Of a stretch of DNA of 64,000 nucleotides, positions 62,538-64,000 are shown one piece after another. Each line of letters opens with the position of its first letter. Positions within the stretch are counted from its first letter, which is position 1. Source of the stretch: Squalus acanthias. Its lineage: Eukaryota. The stretch spans positions 186,001 through 250,000 of the forward strand of contig JASTWF010000339.1 in the NCBI GenBank assembly GCA_030390025.1, read 5' to 3'. A program made the translations under genes and the position numbers. The notes below the pieces were generated by a model, which was given only the letters and a program-made list of their open reading frames with translations, was not told the DNA's origin and ran no database searches.

Positions 62538-64000
62538 TTGTAAAGGAGCCTTCTGTTCCGTGCCCAGGAGCTGTGACCCATGGGAGAGAGCGGCTGGGAC
62601 ACATTCCTTACAGGCCTCAAGATTAACCTGCACGGGGACTTTGCTGTCAGTGAAGAGAGACGAGAAAGACCAAAGTGCCGTTTGCCCCTCTCAGTGTGGC
62701 CCTGAAGGACTGTGTCCAGGCTGTAGTTCTGTTCCCGCCGTACGATCCTCCCCCCAGATTGTCCTTTCTGAGCTCCAGCCAGGTGATGCTAAACACTCAG
62801 GTGGGAACGACAAAAATCCACAACAATGTGTTCAAAGTAAAGCTGATTTATTTGACATATATCCAGAATATTAAACTCCAGCCCAGTTACAGGGGTTATT
62901 AACATCAGCAGAAACAAACCCCAACTGTCAGTGTGAACACGATTCAGTCCGGGATGTAATTAACAGCAGCAATAACAGCAGAATCCAACCACTGCAGTCA
63001 CTTGTAACTCGCTGGTGTGTCAGCAGGTCGGATGACTGAGTGAATCCCTTCCCAGAATCGGAGCAGGTGAACGGTCTCTCCCCAGTGTGAACTCGCTGGT
63101 GTCTCAGCAGGCTGGATGACTGAGTGAATCCCTTCCCACACTCGGAGCAGGTGAACGGCCTCTCCCCAGTGTGTGCGCGCCGGTGTACAGTGAGATGAGA
63201 TGATTGCCTGAACCCAGACCCGCAGTGAGAGCACCTGAACGGTCTCTCGTCAGTGTGAACACGTTGATGACTAGTCAGTTCCCTGGAACATTTAAAGCAT
63301 TTCCCGCAGTCCAGGCATTTAAAAGGTTTGTCGTCAGTGTGAACTCGCTGGTGTGTCAGCAGGTGGGCTAACTGAGTGAATCCCCTCCCACAATCAGAGC
63401 AGGTGAACGGTCTCTCCCCAGTGTGAACTCGCTGGTGTGTCACTAGGCTGGATGAACGAGTGAATCCATTCCCACACTCAGAGCAGGTGAACGTCCTCTC
63501 CCCGGTGTGAACTCGCTGGTGTGTCAGCAGGTCGGATGAACACGTGAATCCCTTCCCACACTCGGAGCAGGTGAATGGTCTCTCCCCAGTGTGAATTCGC
63601 TGGTGTGTCAGCAGTTTGGATGAACACGTGAATCCCTTCCCACACTCAGAGCAGGTGTACGGCCTCTCCCCGGTGTGAACTCGCTGGTGTGTCAGCAGGT
63701 GGGATGACTGAGTGAATCCCTTCCCACACTCAGTGCAGGTGAATGGCCTCTCCCCGGTGTGACTGCACTTGTGTCTCGACAGGCCAGAGGATCGGCTGAA
63801 GCCTTGTCCACACACACAACACGTGTACGGTTTCTCCCCGCTCTGAACGGTGCTTTCTGCTTACATGCTCAAAGGTCCTGATGAATTGAGTGACTGTCAG
63901 ATCTTGAAGTGATGTTTGATTTGAGTTTCCCTCTGCAAATCCTCCCCTTCTAACACCCTGTAAAATGAATTTAAAACAGGAAAAAGGGAGGGTGAGAGAG
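62538..64000 (-). repeat. Third copy of the A module (3' region and finger exon), runs off the window end
   Basis: 62538-62875 is near-identical to 49444-49780. The exon start and acceptor match 13375-13520. Confidence 0.9.
62998..63866 (-). pseudogene. C2H2 ZNF copy A'' (9 fingers plus one broken), probable pseudogene
   Basis: Exon begins at 63957. The ATG at 63866-63864 is immediately followed by TAA, where the paralogs have GAA. The last finger has C to S and a 1-nt deletion. Confidence 0.8.

Overview
Eukaryotic, repeat-dense vertebrate DNA. The CR1-type LINEs, Penelope-like elements and C2H2 finger style suggest a cartilaginous fish, but that is an inference. The window holds a cluster of at least six related C2H2 zinc-finger (ZNF) gene copies, labelled A, A', A'', B, B' and C. 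Only copy A (CDS 13513-14634) has an uninterrupted frame from ATG to stop. The copies sit in duplicated modules of GC-rich promoter, minisatellite intron and finger exon, arranged as inverted segmental duplications. Two large satellites dominate: a 67-bp array (1-8280) and a 27-bp array (23945-48555, with a 500-N gap). The 27-bp array hosts a two-gene Harbinger transposon, a Buster-type hAT transposon and a Neptune-type Penelope-like element (PLE) with pseudo-LTRs; a second PLE abuts it. The most notable observations: (1) the 27-bp satellite reverses strand exactly at the hAT element, whose ends carry inverted rather than direct 8-bp target sites; (2) both PLE families carry minimal, probably dimer-dependent hammerhead ribozyme motifs with a CCGACGA core; (3) the two B-type ZNF paralogs share two in-frame TGA codons followed by an ACG in a Kozak context; (4) a fold-back duplication truncates one ZNF exon. 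No prokaryotic features, rRNA, intact tRNA or CRISPR arrays were found. Most ORFs in the supplied track are repeat or antisense artefacts.
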